From: Blastocladiella emersonii ATCC 22665
Lineage: Eukaryota > Fungi > Blastocladiomycota
Length of the DNA: 64,000 nucleotides
Assembly: GCA_025594325.1 (NCBI GenBank)
Contig: JANHCV010000003.1
Location: 1,798,001-1,862,000, forward strand
Reading direction: 5' to 3'
In this document: positions 25,983 to 36,819 of the stretch, piece by piece
How positions within the stretch are numbered: the stretch's first letter is position 1
How the letters are laid out: each line of letters opens with the position of its first letter
Notes under the pieces: model-generated
The model's input: the letters and a program-made list of their open reading frames with translations, nothing else
Databases searched by the model: none
What the model was told of the DNA's origin: nothing
Translations under genes and position numbers: made by a program

Positions 25983-26262
25983 GGTTGCACCGAGTGTTGG
26001 CGCGCTGATTCGTTTGCTTCGTGGTCAAGGGCTGCAGCGGGGAGAGGCGGAGTGAGGTGATCGACGCGACGACCATCACGGCGGCGCGGCTCGGCTGCGG
26101 CTCGGCCACCTCTCGGAAACGTCGGATGTGGTCAAGACGAGGGCGTGTATAGAGCAAGTGTATCATCAAAAAGGAAAGGGCGGAATCACAGGAATGGTCA
26201 AAACTGGGCAATGCGAGTCACGACGCGGCGTGGTCGTCGTCGGCGGCGCGGCCCAGGGCAGT

Positions 26263-27321
26263 CTAGTGGGCGGCGTGGTGGCCGGGCTTGGCCCCGCAGC
26301 GGCAGATGGGCCGCTCCGAGAGCAGCGAGGTGACCTCGCGGTGGATGGCCGACTCGCCGAGGACCTTGCGGCGGAGGACGTGGAGCAGGCGGACGAACGC
26401 AAACGACACGAAGAAGGCGACGATCACGAGCGGGTACATGTACACGGCAGCCTTGCTCTGCGGGTTGAGGAACGAGTAGACCCACTTGCCGTTGATGCCG
26501 TGCCACATGAACGCCCACGCGAGGTACAGGCACGCGGTCGTGATCACGGGGAACAGCAGCCACCACGTCGCGACCACAAGCGACGACGTGAGGAAGTGCA
26601 GGAAGATGACCACGATGTTGAGCGCGTGCACCGAGATGTTGTTCTTGCCCTTGAGCGTGTCGAAGGACGCGACGCCGTTCGCGGGCGCGAGGAAGCCCCA
26701 GTACACGGCCGACACCACGAACGCGAACGTGAACGACAGCGCGTAGCCGATGCTGGCGAACATGCGGAGCTTGCGCGACGAGGCGAGGTCGGTCGAGCGC
26801 GGGTCGTGCGAGTAGCGGACCGAGAGGTACAGCAGGAGCATCGAGAGCGCCCACAGACCGATGTACGAGCAGTCGGTGAAGTAGGACAGGATGGCCCACC
26901 CCGAGTAGTTGGCGAACGAGAGCGCGATCACCATCCACACGGTCGTCCACAGCGCGAGCACGACGCGGACCGCGAGCAGCGCGCGCGGCGACATCCATGG
27001 CGAGCACACGAGGTCGTACGTCGGCTGTCGCCGCGAGTACGTGGTCGCGTGCCAGATGCGGCGGTACCATGGCTTGCGCTCCTCGACCTTGGCCTTGGTG
27101 GCGGCCGCCTTGGCGCCCGGCCAGGCGGTCGTGCTCCCGCGCAGCGTGTTGGCCATGGATTGGCGCGTGGTATCGATCTGGAAGACGTCAATGGCGACCG
27201 ACTTGCGGTGGTTCGAGTGCGCCTCGACCGTCAGGCCGCCAAGCGCCGAGCGCGCGGGCCGCTCGAGAGGGTGGTTGGTGTGGCCGGTGCTGGTCGAGCT
27301 GATCGAGGTAGGGCCAGCCAT
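26263..27321 (-). CDS. FAR-17a/AIG1-like polytopic membrane protein
   Basis: Six hydrophobic segments with YFTDCSY, VSAVYWGFL, SVHALN and WVYSFL motifs. Confidence 0.7.
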   Translation of the reverse strand: MAGPTSISSTSTGHTNHPLERPARSALGGLTVEAHSNHRKSVAIDVFQIDTTRQSMANTLRGSTTAWPGAKAAATKAKVEERKPWYRRIWHATTYSRRQPTYDLVCSPWMSPRALLAVRVVLALWTTVWMVIALSFANYSGWAILSYFTDCSYIGLWALSMLLLYLSVRYSHDPRSTDLASSRKLRMFASIGYALSFTFAFVVSAVYWGFLAPANGVASFDTLKGKNNISVHALNIVVIFLHFLTSSLVVATWWLLFPVITTACLYLAWAFMWHGINGKWVYSFLNPQSKAAVYMYPLVIVAFFVSFAFVRLLHVLRRKVLGESAIHREVTSLLSERPICRCGAKPGHHAAH

Positions 27322-27909
27322 GGTTGTGCTCGATGCTCGGGGATGTGTGCTGGTTAATGTGCGAGTCTATGGTGATGTGGGCAGTCTACCACGCAAACGG
27401 CCGACGCGACGCAAGAGTAGCTGATTCGCCGATTGGGTGTGAAGCGGATCCGTTGCAGAAAGTCGTGGTTGATGCGTTTGTGCCGGACGAAGTCGATGCG
27501 TTCGAGGCGGGGAGGCGAGGAGTGGGCGAGCGGGCTGGCGGAGGTTCGCTCGCTCAGCCGGCTGTTGGGGCGGGATGATCGGCGCCAGGGGTTGTTCTCG
27601 CCGCTGATGCTCTCTGCCGTGACGACTCGGGAAGCAAGTATGAAGAACCTCTGACAGGGAAGTGTGAGAGTCGCGGGCGGGGCGACAGCGGCGACGACCA
27701 GCAAGGGACCGCGGCCGGCTGCATGAAGCGCCCTGCCCGAGACGAGCCGAACGCCACACTTGCGGCCACCACGACTCACGCGGGCTTTGATGCCGCGAGA
27801 GTGAGCGCAGAGCCGGGGCCGGCCCTGAGTCTACTACAGGCCGGCCTGTAATGCACGGCCAACTCATCGCTGGCGCCGCCAAGGACCAAGACCACCGCGA
27901 TCGTGCAGC

Positions 27910-28410
27910 AACGAGAGGGGAGCCAGAGTGGGGCCAGCCGCCACGGTGCATCGAGAAGGCGAGGCGGCGCCGCTCGCAACGTCTCTCATCTGAAACGGGG
28001 CGCTCCGCCAGCGCCACAGTGGATGCGAGTGACGCGAACACTCACGAGCGGGCGCGACGCGACGCGATCACAGCCGTGATCGACGACCTGATCCAGCACT
28101 TAACAGACTTGGATCGCACGAGAGCTTGAGCTCGGTAGGATTGTAAGAGCCAAGTGATCGACTAAGCACGTTCGCGAGCGACTACGTCGTGCGGGTGTGT
28201 GCTCAACCGTCAACCTGCCGTACACGCACGGTCAGCCGTCGATGAGCGGTTCGCGTCATCTCAGTTACATGGGCTCTCGGTGATAGCAAGGCTGCGAATG
28301 CGATAGACGGACGAGCAGCTTGACGAAAACTGCCCGACGTGTTCGAGCGTCAACCTCGATCCCCGACTTTGGGACCACGTTGCGACACCGCGACGGACGC
28401 GCGGAAGCCC
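27910..28410. repeat. Diverged outer extension of the palindrome (homologous to about 53827-54385 on the opposite strand)
   Basis: Manual alignment, e.g. gtgcgatccaagtctgt(t/a)aagtgctggatca is shared, with many transitions and small indels; the outer limit is approximate. Confidence 0.75.
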
Positions 28411-29028
28411 GCAACGAGACGCGGTGGCTCGCGACCAGAGCTCAACTCTCAAGCTTGAGCGCGGAACTGCCGTTTCAACGCGAGCACGCGTCAGGCCATC
28501 GACTCCTCCGTGAACACCCGCGCGCTTTGTCAGCAACGCTTGCAGGTGCACTATTTCCGTGGACGTGGTGGACGCTCGGAAGAGTCATCGGCGGGCCGCA
28601 GTGGCGCAGCAGCTGGCGCAGCCCCAGCCTCCCAGCCCCACGGTGGCGTCGCAGCCGCGCGGCCGCGTCCCAGTGCGCCGGATTTACGAACCTTTGACTT
28701 GCGACCAGTCAGGCCTCGCCTCGCGAGTTTCAACATGCGGCGACTCGGCCCCAGTTCCATGGCGCGTGTTGCTCGCAGCGCTCCGCTCACCTCAGCGATC
28801 GCTCGCGGCGTGCGCAAAAAATGGACCCACGGCGTGGATTGCGCGTCTGGTGCAGGACCCGCGGCCATGGACTCCCGCCAAAAAGTATAAAGCACGCGTG
28901 CTCCCGCGGCCTCGGGACCTGAAGAACGCCATCATCTCGAGCATCACACTCGCCCTAGACCGCCACCGCCGTCGTCGACGCACACACGCACTAGATCGAC
29001 CACCGACAACACCTAGAAGATCCTCGCC

Positions 29029-30606
29029 ATGACCAAGTCGTCCGCCGTGTTCCTCGCCGCCGCGGTCATTGCGCTCGCCAGCATCACCTCGTCGGCTGGC
29101 GTCAACGCTGCGCCGGCCGCCAACGCCGCGTCGCCGCTCCTCATCCCGGACGCGCGCGAGCTCATCAACGTGTCGTTTGGCAAGACCGACATTGAGTGGG
29201 TCTTCCCCGGCCAGTCCAACGCCCGTCGTCCGAGCGCCAACAACAACAACAACAACTCGGGCAACGTCGTGTTCCCCGGCCAGTCGGGCCGTCGCACCAC
29301 CACCGCGGCCGCCACGCCCAAGCCGACCGCTCCGGCCAACGGCGCCATCGCGTTCCCCGACGACGACGGTAACGTCGTGTTCCCCGGCCAGCCCTCCAAC
29401 CCGCCGCCCACCAAGCCCATCGCCCCCATCAACCCGACGCCCGTGACGCGCAACGGCCACGTCGTCGTGTTCGAGCAGACCATCGACATTGCCCAGGTCC
29501 AGCCCGGCGCCAAGAACATCTACTGGTCGCGCCTGCACTTTGACCGGTCCAAGACCAAGCTGCGCGAGAACTTTATCCGCGTCGACTTTCCGGGATTCGG
29601 CGAGGACCTGCCTGGCGACATCCTGCGCCTGACGTCGCTCGCCGACGGCGCGGTCCAGTACCTCAACTTCGAGTCGATTGAGCAGTGGAACTTCCGCTCG
29701 GCCGTCTTCAACGGCGGCAAGGTCAAGGTCGAGCTGCTCGCCGACCCCAACACGGACCCCAAGGAGAAGCCGTCGATCGTCGTGTCGCAGCTCGAGACCA
29801 ACACGCAGACCGGGTTCGGCTCCAACAAGGCGCAGCTGCCGCCGCCGGCGTCGCTGTGCACGGCCGCCGACGAGCGCAAGGCGTCGTCGGACGTTCGCAG
29901 CGTGCGCATCTTCCCCGTAGGTTGCACCGCCTGGACCATCACGGACAAGGCCGGGTGCCACGTCACGGCGGGCCACTGCTTTGACGGCAAGGTGCTCGAG
30001 GACCAGATCATCCAGATGAACGTGCCGCAGTCGGCGGTCATCACGTACGCGGGCCAGAAGACGGCGATCCTGCGCCACCCGCACCCCAAGTTCCAGTTCG
30101 CCGTCGACACCAAGTCGGTGCAGTTCAACCTGACGGCGCTCGGGCTCGGCGAGCAGGCCGAGGACTGGGCGTACTTTGGCACCTTCCCGAACCCCAACAC
30201 GGGCATGACGCACCGCGAGACCATCGGCAACAAGGCGTACACGCTCGCGGCCGTCGACCCCGCCACGGGCGACATTGCCCCGAACCAGGTCAAGGTCGGC
30301 AGCACGGTCAAGATCTACGGCTACGGCTTCGTCACGGCGCAGGCGCGCAAGCAGATGTCGCAGGTGCAGCAGGAGGACGACGGCAAGGTCGTCTCTTTCC
30401 CGGACCGCTTCCACATCCGCCACCGTATTGATACTGAGGGGGGCAATAGTGGCAGTGCTATCGCGATCGGAGACGTCGCCGTGGGCATCCACACCAACGG
30501 CGGGTGCACCGCGCGCTCCGCCGCGTCGGCCAACACGGGCTCGCTCGTCTCCATGCCCGCCTTCCAGCGCGCCATCAAGAACCCCAAGGGCGTGTGCAAG
30601 GCCTAA
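29029..30606 (+). CDS. Secreted trypsin-like (S1/V8-type) serine protease, intronless
   Basis: Signal peptide; catalytic motifs VTAGHC, EDWA and DTEGGNSGS; long propeptide with repeated VFPGQ motifs. Confidence 0.88.
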   Translation: MTKSSAVFLAAAVIALASITSSAGVNAAPAANAASPLLIPDARELINVSFGKTDIEWVFPGQSNARRPSANNNNNNSGNVVFPGQSGRRTTTAAATPKPTAPANGAIAFPDDDGNVVFPGQPSNPPPTKPIAPINPTPVTRNGHVVVFEQTIDIAQVQPGAKNIYWSRLHFDRSKTKLRENFIRVDFPGFGEDLPGDILRLTSLADGAVQYLNFESIEQWNFRSAVFNGGKVKVELLADPNTDPKEKPSIVVSQLETNTQTGFGSNKAQLPPPASLCTAADERKASSDVRSVRIFPVGCTAWTITDKAGCHVTAGHCFDGKVLEDQIIQMNVPQSAVITYAGQKTAILRHPHPKFQFAVDTKSVQFNLTALGLGEQAEDWAYFGTFPNPNTGMTHRETIGNKAYTLAAVDPATGDIAPNQVKVGSTVKIYGYGFVTAQARKQMSQVQQEDDGKVVSFPDRFHIRHRIDTEGGNSGSAIAIGDVAVGIHTNGGCTARSAASANTGSLVSMPAFQRAIKNPKGVCKA

Positions 30607-30949
30607 GACTGCGCACTGTTTGCATCTCTCTATAATAGCATAGCAATAGTTTGTCTCATCAATCCCGTCCGTCGCGCGAAAGAGTGTGGCGCATCGCGCT
30701 CATGTGAGTGGCGCATCGCGTTCTTTCGGGCCATGAAACCCCGCGACACGACCGCTCCTTGAGCTCCCGCTCTTGCACAAGCTACCAGAGTGAATAGCGA
30801 GCTCAATAATTTCAGCAGCATGAACAGCGTCGAACCATTTTGCGCAGAGTTTACGTGGTACCCGTTGCGGGCTTGTCGCATTGGAGGGGGTGTCTTGACG
30901 AGCGGTCGAAGCAGCACACCAGAAAGCGACGCGACCCAGACCTGAGCAT

Positions 30950-31090
30950 CACATGATTGATCGACGCGTCTCACGACGAACGTCGTGGTGTGCAGCCGCG
31001 GCACGATCGTTGAGCAGGGCGCGGCCGCCGCGCTCATGGCCATCGAGGGCGGTGTGTTCGCGTCCATGGTGCGCGAGCACCAGACCAAGC
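30950..31090 (+). pseudogene. Relic of an ABC-transporter nucleotide-binding-domain C-terminus
   Basis: VVCSRGTIVEQG....LMAIEGGVFASMV matches the VxxxGxIVExGxxxELxxxxGxYxxLV tail; no upstream domain. Confidence 0.5.
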
Positions 31091-31552
31091 GCGTCAATGC
31101 ACCTGCTCCCGCGATCATCTATCCCGAGACGGCCGAGTCGCGCGCCGCTCGTCGTCGTTCCGCCACATCGGCACGAACCGCGCGAGCAAGGCCTTCGACT
31201 CGCAGCTCTGCTGTTGCGCGTACATGGGAGACGCGTGTCGGAGACATCACGTGGCGCTGCCGATCACTGCTCCGATCGACGCCACATCGCCGTCGCTGCG
31301 TCAGCTGTTCTGTTCTATTTGAGGGAGTGTTATACACCACGATCTTGCCCTGTGCGGCCCCATGGACTTCATGCATTCAACAGATTAAGAGTCTCACTCT
31401 GGATACGTTCCCTTGCGGGGTGTATTCTGGGTACTGAGCGACGGGTCACCGTCCGCATCACGTCCGTTGGGTCAAGCGAGGCAGGTGACGGCGACCAAGT
31501 CGCTCCCTCCCCTCTCGTCCTCGAACCGAGGTGTCGAGAGGTACACCGAAGC

Positions 31553-31924
31553 GGCCTAGTCGGGCCCGCGCCGCGGAGCGTCGTGCGCGCGGGTTCATCC
31601 CTCGGGAGGGCCGGGGTTCCCATGCGGTAGGGGGTCCTTAGTCGCATTGAGCAGAGGCCTATCCGGGCCCGCGCCGCGGAGCGTCGTGCGCGCGGGTTCA
31701 TCCTTCGGGAGGGCGCGGGTCTCGACGCGTTTCGAGCCCGTCTCGCGACACTAACATCAAACGGCCTATCCGGGCCCGCGCCGCGGAGCGTCGTGCGCGC
31801 GGGCTCATCCTTCGGGAGGGCCGGGTTCCCCTCGCGTCAGGGGATCCTGAATATCACGTCACTTTGGCCTATCCGGGCCCGCGCCACGGAGCGTCGTGCG
31901 CGCGGGTTCATCCTTCGGGAGGGC
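31553..31924 (+). repeat. Array of four 59-bp direct repeats with unique 44/48/44-bp spacers (structured-RNA candidate)
   Basis: Repeats at 31553, 31656, 31763 and 31866; consensus GGCCTATCCGGGCCCGCGCCGCGGAGCGTCGTGCGCGCGGGTTCATCCTTCGGGAGGGC. Confidence 0.95.
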
Positions 31925-32499
31925 CCAGGACTTTGGCCGCAGTGCAAGCCTGAGTGTCGACCAAGAACACGAGCCTCGAGACCATGGCCAGGGCGGCGCC
32001 ACGGCGGCGCCGGCCCCCTCGCGCCATCGGCCCCCGCCGCCGGCGGGTGCCGGTTCTGGGAGCGCAGTTTTTTTTCGCGTCCAGATCTCAACACGTGAGT
32101 TCACCTGAGTAAGGAAACCAATTTCCGTCCGGTTTCATCGGGTTTTGAGATCGCCAAGAGAAGGCGCAAGCACCGGCGTGAGTTGAGCGAAGCTGGGGAG
32201 CGCGGCGGAGATCGCAGCGCGGAAAATGAAACGCAACAGCCGGGTGTTCGCGGCGCCCGCTCGGGCGCCTGGGTCGCCGCCCGCAAGTCGCACCTCGTTC
32301 TCTCTCCCCAGAACCCTTTCGCCCGCGAACGTACTACGCACTTCTCACGGAAACTTGGCGCTTCTGAGCACGCTCATCGTCGTCTCGCGTCGCACACTCC
32401 TGTCTCTGGCTCACAAACGCAATCCCACCTCGCCTTCGCCGTCTCCGTCCACGTCGTCGTCCGCCGAGGCCCTGATCCCTGCCGAGGACTGCTGCGATG

Positions 32500-32790
32500 A
32501 GGACGATGACGAGGAGGGAACGTGGCACGGTTTGTCGATTTGGCCGTGTACCTGATGTACGCGCGATACATTCATTGGCTAGCCCGCCGCGCTCGGTCAT
32601 TTCTTCTTGATTGTCAGACCCATTGCGAGCGAGACGGTCGCCAACTACTGGGCAGGCCACTGGAGCGAGGCAGGCGGCCGCGACGTGGGCTTCAACCTGA
32701 GAATGTTCGGCGCGCTTAATGGGTCCATTGGCCTGTTCAAGTTCGCGGCCAACTGGGTGCTTGCGTGTCTCATGGTCAAGGCCATATGGC
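32500..32790 (+). pseudogene. Relic of an ABCC/MRP-type linker and second transmembrane domain
   Basis: EEG..VDLAVYLMYAR and ANYWAGHWSE..FNLRMFGALNG.IGLF resemble the ABCC G-x-V..VY..Y and NYWLxxWS motifs; frameshifted. Confidence 0.5.
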
Positions 32791-33202
32791 ATGTACACAG
32801 ACCAATCGTCGGATCCGCGCTACATCGCCCCCATCGTCGCCATCGAACTCCAATGCGTGAAGTTGGGAATCTTGGAGCTTGAGCCGATGCCGGAGAATTG
32901 AAGGCGGGGGGTCGGCGAGGTGACATCCTCTGCTGCTGCGCCACCCACCTGCTGCGCCACCCATTTGCGCCGCCCGATATGCAGTGCCACAACCGTCGAG
33001 CTGGCACTCTTCGGCTGAGCCGAATGCACTTTGGCGTAATGCACTCGCACTTGGCAAAATGCAGGACGTTGCATGCCACAAACGCGTCATCCGGGCCAGA
33101 GCTATAAAGCAACTGTGGTAACCTCTCAGGCTCTGTTCCTTCTCCCGTCCTAGGCCGCGGACAGTCCGACTGACTCACCACATCCCATTATCGTTCAAAA
33201 CA

Positions 33203-33901
33203 ATGTCCTTTCGTAGGGTGCTTACCCAAGTGCGGACTCTGGCCACCGTTTCGCCACACCTCATACGTGTCCCCCCAAAGTCAAACGTCACAGCTGCCGT
33301 CAATCGCTCCGCAGGACGTTATGCAGGTCGGTCGGCACTCAAATCGCAGGAGCAATCGCACGGACTTCCGAAAGAAGCAGCTCGCAGCTCAAACGCCATG
33401 ATGCCCGAGGCACAGCAAATTCAACAGCAGCAGCCCAAGAATGGTTTGCAGCAGCAGCCACGGCTCGTGGAGATTGTCCATCGTGAGCATGCGGAACCAG
33501 GCGCAAAGAAGGCTTGGAGCCTCGAATCCAAGCACACGGTGTACGAGGTTGATGCGCAGGAGTTGGAACAAGTGGTGAAGCGCACAATTGATGCCTTCAA
33601 GTTAGCCCAAGCGGGTCCAGATCCAGAGCAGCGCACCACCAACCAAGTACAAATTTCTCCGCACGAGACGGTGACTTATCGCGAGCAAACGGGCTCAAAT
33701 CCGGACTCCGACTGGACCATCGACATCAAGTACAATATGCGCCAGAAGGGCAGGGTTGACCCGCAGAAGACTCAAGCGGCGATGGAGGCTGTGTTCAAAG
33801 CCTTCCGCGCCGCCGAAGCAATCATGGAAGAACCCGATGAGAACTTGTACTCGTGCAGCAGCAACAAGACGGGCAAGTCATCGGAAATGGAAGTCGAGTG
33901 A
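33203..33901 (+). CDS. Orphan 232-aa ORF with a presequence-like N-terminus
   Basis: ATG-started, non-repetitive ORF with visibly lower GC than the neighbouring genes; no family recognised. Confidence 0.45.
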   Translation: MSFRRVLTQVRTLATVSPHLIRVPPKSNVTAAVNRSAGRYAGRSALKSQEQSHGLPKEAARSSNAMMPEAQQIQQQQPKNGLQQQPRLVEIVHREHAEPGAKKAWSLESKHTVYEVDAQELEQVVKRTIDAFKLAQAGPDPEQRTTNQVQISPHETVTYREQTGSNPDSDWTIDIKYNMRQKGRVDPQKTQAAMEAVFKAFRAAEAIMEEPDENLYSCSSNKTGKSSEMEVE

Positions 33902-34621
33902 TGAATGACCTGGTCATATTGGCTGTCGTTGTTTGAAAACATGATTCGTGACTGCGATTGTATGCGAAGCTGGTGTACGAGTAAGTTGACTTTGGCATTA
34001 CTGCTGAGTCGCCAAGGTTCGTTGATTTCGGGTTCAGGCTGGTGAGAGCTGGCAACAAGTAGTCGCCCAACCGTTAGGCGGGTTGTGAGTTGTCGCTTGA
34101 GTTGAACTTGAGTAATCTTCAAGAGTCGTACTTGTACTGACCGCGCTGCTCCCAGTCGTTCAAATGGAACAAGTGCTTCAACTCGGGCATAGTGGATCGC
34201 TGACATTCAGACGCATGCGCTTGTCTTTCTCGCCTTGCGTACGTTTCGTCCCCACGGCGCCCGACAAAGCAACAACGCGCCCTCACGGTAGTCAGCGAGG
34301 AGGAGATCAGCGGCGGCCGCCGTTCCAGCACCGTGGGCTCTCTCTCTCTCTCTCGCAGAGCCGCTCTTCGGATCGAACCGTATCGGACACACAGCGACCG
34401 CCATCGTGAATTCGCCACTCGTTGCGTGGTTTAAGCAAAGGTAAGGACGGCCATCTGCACAAGCTCATCAACCCGCGTCTTGCGGTCTCCGCTGCTACGG
34501 CCATAGCTTCCAACGCCGCCCAAAAACACGCACAGCGCGGGCACTGCCCTGCGGCCGCCCGGCGCCAGCGACCAGATGCGCGCACCGTATGCAGCACTCA
34601 GGCTTCCCGCTGTGTCGCGTC

Positions 34622-34659
34622 GCGCGGTTCCCCGACCCTGGCGCGGTTCCCCGACCCTG
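34622..34659. repeat. 19-bp perfect tandem duplication (GCGCGGTTCCCCGACCCTG x2)
   Basis: Seen directly; mirrored in the right arm. Confidence 0.9.
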
Positions 34660-34959
34660 GCGGCGAGTATTGCCGACGAAGCGGCAATGTGCACATCTCG
34701 TTTAACCTGTACGCGATGGACCGTGGTCCGAATGGAAGCGCTCCCGCGGTGCGCAAGCACCGTACGTGGGGCGGGCTTTAGCCCTCGATTGAACACCAAA
34801 TGCTTTGGGTTTGGGTGTTCCAAGTATCATGTGCAGGTTTCTGCTGCAGCTGCCACCCTTCAAGCTATCGACTGACACAGGCGGGTGCAAACCAACACGT
34901 GCTTTGTGGACACGCGGAGGTGAGCGTAGCATTGCTGGCCAGCTGCCTGGCATCATGTA

Positions 34960-35247
34960 CTTGTCGTCGTCGTCGTTCTCGAACGACGACTTCTCGAGCG
35001 TGTCGGCCGAATTGCCGCGAACAGGGCTTTCCACACGTTGGTGTTGGTTTAGAGCAGGACCTGCAACAGGCGGATCTCGCGCTTGGGTGCCGCCCTTGTT
35101 GCGCGCAACGAGCAGCCCAAGGAACCGCTGGCTGACGCGGTACCCGACAAAGTTGAGCATGCGCTCGAGGTCCTGCACGCCCTTGGTGCTGCGCTGCGAG
35201 TACTGAACGAGCTTAGAAAAGAGGAAGCCGAAAGCCAACAGCGACAT
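34960..35247 (-). pseudogene. TRS31: TRAPP subunit TRS31/TRAPPC5 fragment
   Basis: SLLAFGFLFSKLVQYSQ..GVQDLERMLNFVGYRVSQRFL, then KREIRLLQVLL*TNTNVWKALF and ADTLEKS..END..YM in shifted frames. Confidence 0.75.
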
Positions 35248-36819
35248 GTCCGTGTTGCGCGGGCGGTTCGGGTTGCGGCTCAGGATCTGATCTGATCCGA
35301 ACCGTGATGTATGGGCAGCATTCCCGTTCTCCTCTACACGGATACGGCATCCGACCAGCTAGCGAGCCGGCTTGCCCTGATTGCTTCCACTACTCGCGTG
35401 GCACTGTTGCCTCAAACATGTGTTCAGCGCGACGCCTCAAGCAGGAATCTCCACACTCCATGGCGGAGATCTCGCTCACAACTTGTGCAAGCGATCTCAT
35501 CATACCTGATGCGAGAGCTATGAACCTTTTCCGTCGTCAGTTGGGCTGAGTTTGAGTTGACCAAGGTTCGTGCTTTTACCTCGACAAGGAAGGGAGGCGA
35601 GCGGACTGCCTCCATTGCGACGCGTGCGCGCGAGGTCACGCGGAGGTGAGCGTCGCGTCGCCAGCCGCGCCTTCGGCCTCGCTCACGTGACACAACTTAG
35701 CTTTATAAATTTGAGATGCATCGTAAACATTTTTCTGAGGGCAGATTCGTGATCAGCGACCTTCAGAGGCCCGGAATATGTCAAAAACTCCGAGTCGAGG
35801 TGTCGGGGTACCGAGAACTCGTCCGACCGTGCAAAGTTGAAAAAAACTTTCGGTTTGGTCGCTCGGACGAAAAACGCACTTAAGGCTTAGCTTCTTGAAT
35901 TGCATTGTGTTACCGAATCACCTGACACTTTGACAACATACATAGTATAAATTATAAGACGCTCCGGCACTCGCAGAATAATTATACCATTTAATCTGAC
36001 GCTCAGGGCCACGGTGTGAGTTAGCTTCAGTAATCGAGCCTCCCTTCGCCCACCGCCAAAGGCGCCACGCCTCCGCCGCGGAGGAGGCCTGCCGCGCTCC
36101 CGCTCCCGCTCCCGTTGATCCCTCTGCAGCGCTAACCCGACGCATCGAACGGAGTCCACACCACCTGCAACGTAAGCATGTCATCGAAATAAGACAAGCT
36201 GTCCGATATCGTATGGGCGCGAGCCCGCTGGTTGCCCACCATCTCCAGTGACCAACACCAACCCTGGCACTCCATTTCTAGGCCCGGGACCAGCCCGGCG
36301 TCTACGAGACGCCCAACGTGTCCGCCCTCCCCGCGGCTGCCATGGCCGAGGACTCGCACAACGCGGGACTTGACGGGGCCGAAATGGACGACGCGGTGGC
36401 AGGGGCAACGGGCCACGGGCCCGCCGAGTTCAGCGACGGCGAGGACACGGACAGCGTCGTGGTCCGCACGCGGCTGTCGGTCCGCGCGGCCGCTGGCACC
36501 TTTGCAAATGCTGGTGTTGACGCGTCAGGTGCCGGTACGCTGCGCGATGATTGCGGTTGGGTTGGGCGATGCTTACAACCCCGCCTGGCATTGTAGAATT
36601 CTCGGGCGCCGTCAGCTCGCGCACCACCATGTTCCGCACGTACAACCGCGCGGCGTACAAGGCGCCGGCGCGGTCGCGGGCCGTGCGCGGGTCGCCCGCG
36701 CAGAAGCTGGCGCGGCTGTTCTTGTGCTACTATACTAGCGGCAGTCCACCACCGCACGAGCTCATGCGCGACGCGTCGACGCATGCGCCCGAGCACGGCC
36801 TCGTTCTATATCCCGGCCG

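Larger units (their letters stand above)
28411..36380. repeat. Left arm of a 7,970-bp inverted repeat
   Basis: Every ORF in the arm has a mirror ORF with the same translation and coordinates summing to 82237. The first mismatches are at 28410/53827 and 36381/45856. Confidence 0.97.

Noticed and set aside
27400-27560. Possible WD40 fragment (NHDFLQRIRFTPNRRISYSC) on the minus strand
   Set aside because: Too short and degenerate to assign
31553-31924. Calling the array a CRISPR
   Set aside because: Eukaryotic context, no cas genes in the window, a 59-bp repeat is longer than usual, and spacers 1 and 3 share a related hairpin. Reported as a repeat instead.
31553-31924. Hammerhead, HDV-like, twister, SECIS, box C/D or tRNA identity of the repeat
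   Set aside because: No CUGAUGA/GAAA core; P1/P2 pairings and J4/2 are inconsistent across copies; no twister L4; the AUGA/GA quartet on the other strand lacks flanking helices and is broken in copy 1
34622-34659. GTTCCCCG resembling a type I-E CRISPR repeat
   Set aside because: Only two abutting copies with no spacer; a simple tandem duplication
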